This document shows positions 39,010 to 40,000 of a stretch of 40,000 nucleotides of DNA, piece by piece. Made by a program: the position numbers and the translations under genes. This DNA is from Anaerobacillus alkalilacustris. Lineage in GTDB: Bacteria; Bacillota; Bacilli; Bacillales; Anaerobacillaceae. Under the pieces are notes generated by a model. It was given only the letters and a program-made list of their open reading frames with translations. It was not told where the DNA came from and searched no databases. The DNA is taken from contig NZ_MLQR01000001.1 in NCBI RefSeq assembly GCF_001866005.1, forward strand, positions 661,106-701,105. Direction: 5' to 3'. The first letter of the stretch is position 1; each line of letters opens with the position of its first letter.

Positions 39010-40000
39010 TTACTCTTCTTTTTTCACTGTCCAAATTTTTGTTAATATTTCTTCGAGAATCTCCAAATATCGTATTGATGTAAACGATTTTGTTTTAATA
39101 TTTATTTTTATTTTTTGCCCAGATGTTCCGACTGAAAACTCACGGCCCATTTTACTAATCATTTCAAAAAGCTTCACTCCATCAATACGTTGACTTTCTT
39201 CTTCTGTTAAGACAATGGAACATTGTTGAGGGTCTTCTGTTATCGATTCTACTTGTTCCTTTTGAGCTAGCAATTTGATAGAAGCTATTTTTAATAAATA
39301 ATTTACTTCTTGTGGGAAATCGCCAAAACGATCGATCATCTCACTTTGAAGATCTTCAATATCTTCTTTTGACTCGATGGACTTAAAACGCTTATACATA
39401 TCAATCTTTTGCTTTGAATCATTAATGTATGACTCTGGGATATAGGCATCGACGTTTAGATCCAGTTCTACTTGGTTTCGAACAGCTTCTGTTCCCTTAT
39501 CTCCTTTACGTTCCTCGATTGCCTCTTTTAGCATTTGGGAATATAAATCAAAACCTACAGAAGCAATAAAACCATGCTGCTGCGCTCCTAATAAGTTTCC
39601 TGCTCCTCGGATAGATAAATCTCGCATGGCAATTTTAAATCCAGACCCTAGCTCGGTAAACTCTTTAATTGCTTGTAACCTTTTTTCTGCAACCTCAGAT
39701 AAAACTTTATCTTTTTGATACGTGAAATAAGAATAGGCTACGCGATTGGAGCGTCCTACCCGTCCTCTTAACTGATATAGCTGTGACAAGCCCATTTTAT
39801 CAGCATTATATACAATTAACGTATTCACATTTGGAATGTCTACACCAGTTTCAATGATCGTTGTTGTTACTAAAACATCACTGTTCGCTTCTAGAAAATC
39901 AATAATAATAGACTCTAACTCAGTTTCATTCATTTTTCCATGGGCAAACGATACTCTTGCATCCGGCACGAGCATAGCAATTTTATCAGCCATTTGAGCA
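39010..40000 (-). CDS. mfd: Transcription-repair coupling factor Mfd, C-terminal part (gene continues past the right edge)
   Basis: Helicase C-terminal motifs (TTIIETGVDIPNVNTLIV, QLRGRVGRS) followed by the TRCF C-terminal domain. The frame is open to the window end. Confidence 0.95.
   Translation of the reverse strand, partial: AQMADKIAMLVPDARVSFAHGKMNETELESIIIDFLEANSDVLVTTTIIETGVDIPNVNTLIVYNADKMGLSQLYQLRGRVGRSNRVAYSYFTYQKDKVLSEVAEKRLQAIKEFTELGSGFKIAMRDLSIRGAGNLLGAQQHGFIASVGFDLYSQMLKEAIEERKGDKGTEAVRNQVELDLNVDAYIPESYINDSKQKIDMYKRFKSIESKEDIEDLQSEMIDRFGDFPQEVNYLLKIASIKLLAQKEQVESITEDPQQCSIVLTEEESQRIDGVKLFEMISKMGREFSVGTSGQKIKINIKTKSFTSIRYLEILEEILTKIWTVKKEE

Overview
AT-rich Bacillaceae-type (Firmicutes) chromosomal window made of two parts. 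(1) About 10.5-40 kb is the conserved origin-proximal block known from Bacillus subtilis, all on the minus strand. The order is mfd (partial), spoVT, yabM, mazG/yabN, yabO(rqcP), yabP, yabQ, divIC, yabR, spoIIE, yabS, yabT, two ThrE-family exporter genes, tilS, hprT, ftsH, coaX, hslO, cysK, pabB, pabA, pabC, folP, folB, folK, a yazB-like XRE gene, dusB and lysS. Downstream of lysS lie tandem rrn promoters, the rRNA leader and only the first ~330 nt of a 16S rRNA gene, which stops abruptly at 9724. (2) Positions 1-9.2 kb are a plus-strand accessory sugar-acid cluster. It contains a divergent RpiR regulator, a frameshifted short-form 6-phosphogluconate dehydrogenase, a DctPQM TRAP transporter, a histidine-free HPr-like protein, a PfkB/KdgK-type kinase, an AEC permease, a D-2-hydroxyacid dehydrogenase and a Cof-type HAD phosphatase. 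I found no CRISPR array, transposase, phage gene or recognisable defence gene. The most unusual signal is non-coding: a dense family of GC-rich, hairpin-forming intergenic repeats of ~150-230 bp. There are eight copies, one a tandem dimer, and the copies are modular. All have the same polarity relative to flanking transcription, and most sit directly 3' of intrinsic terminators. Other points worth a second look are the truncated 16S behind intact promoters next to a 500-bp orphan non-coding segment, and the A6-tract frameshift in the first gene of the sugar-acid operon. Also notable are the HPr-like protein together with consensus cre sites, a TRAP(MtrB)-like NAG-triplet array over the pabA ribosome binding site, and a consensus promoter followed immediately by a terminator upstream of lysS. 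All calls come from reading the sequence and recalled family signatures; no database search was possible.
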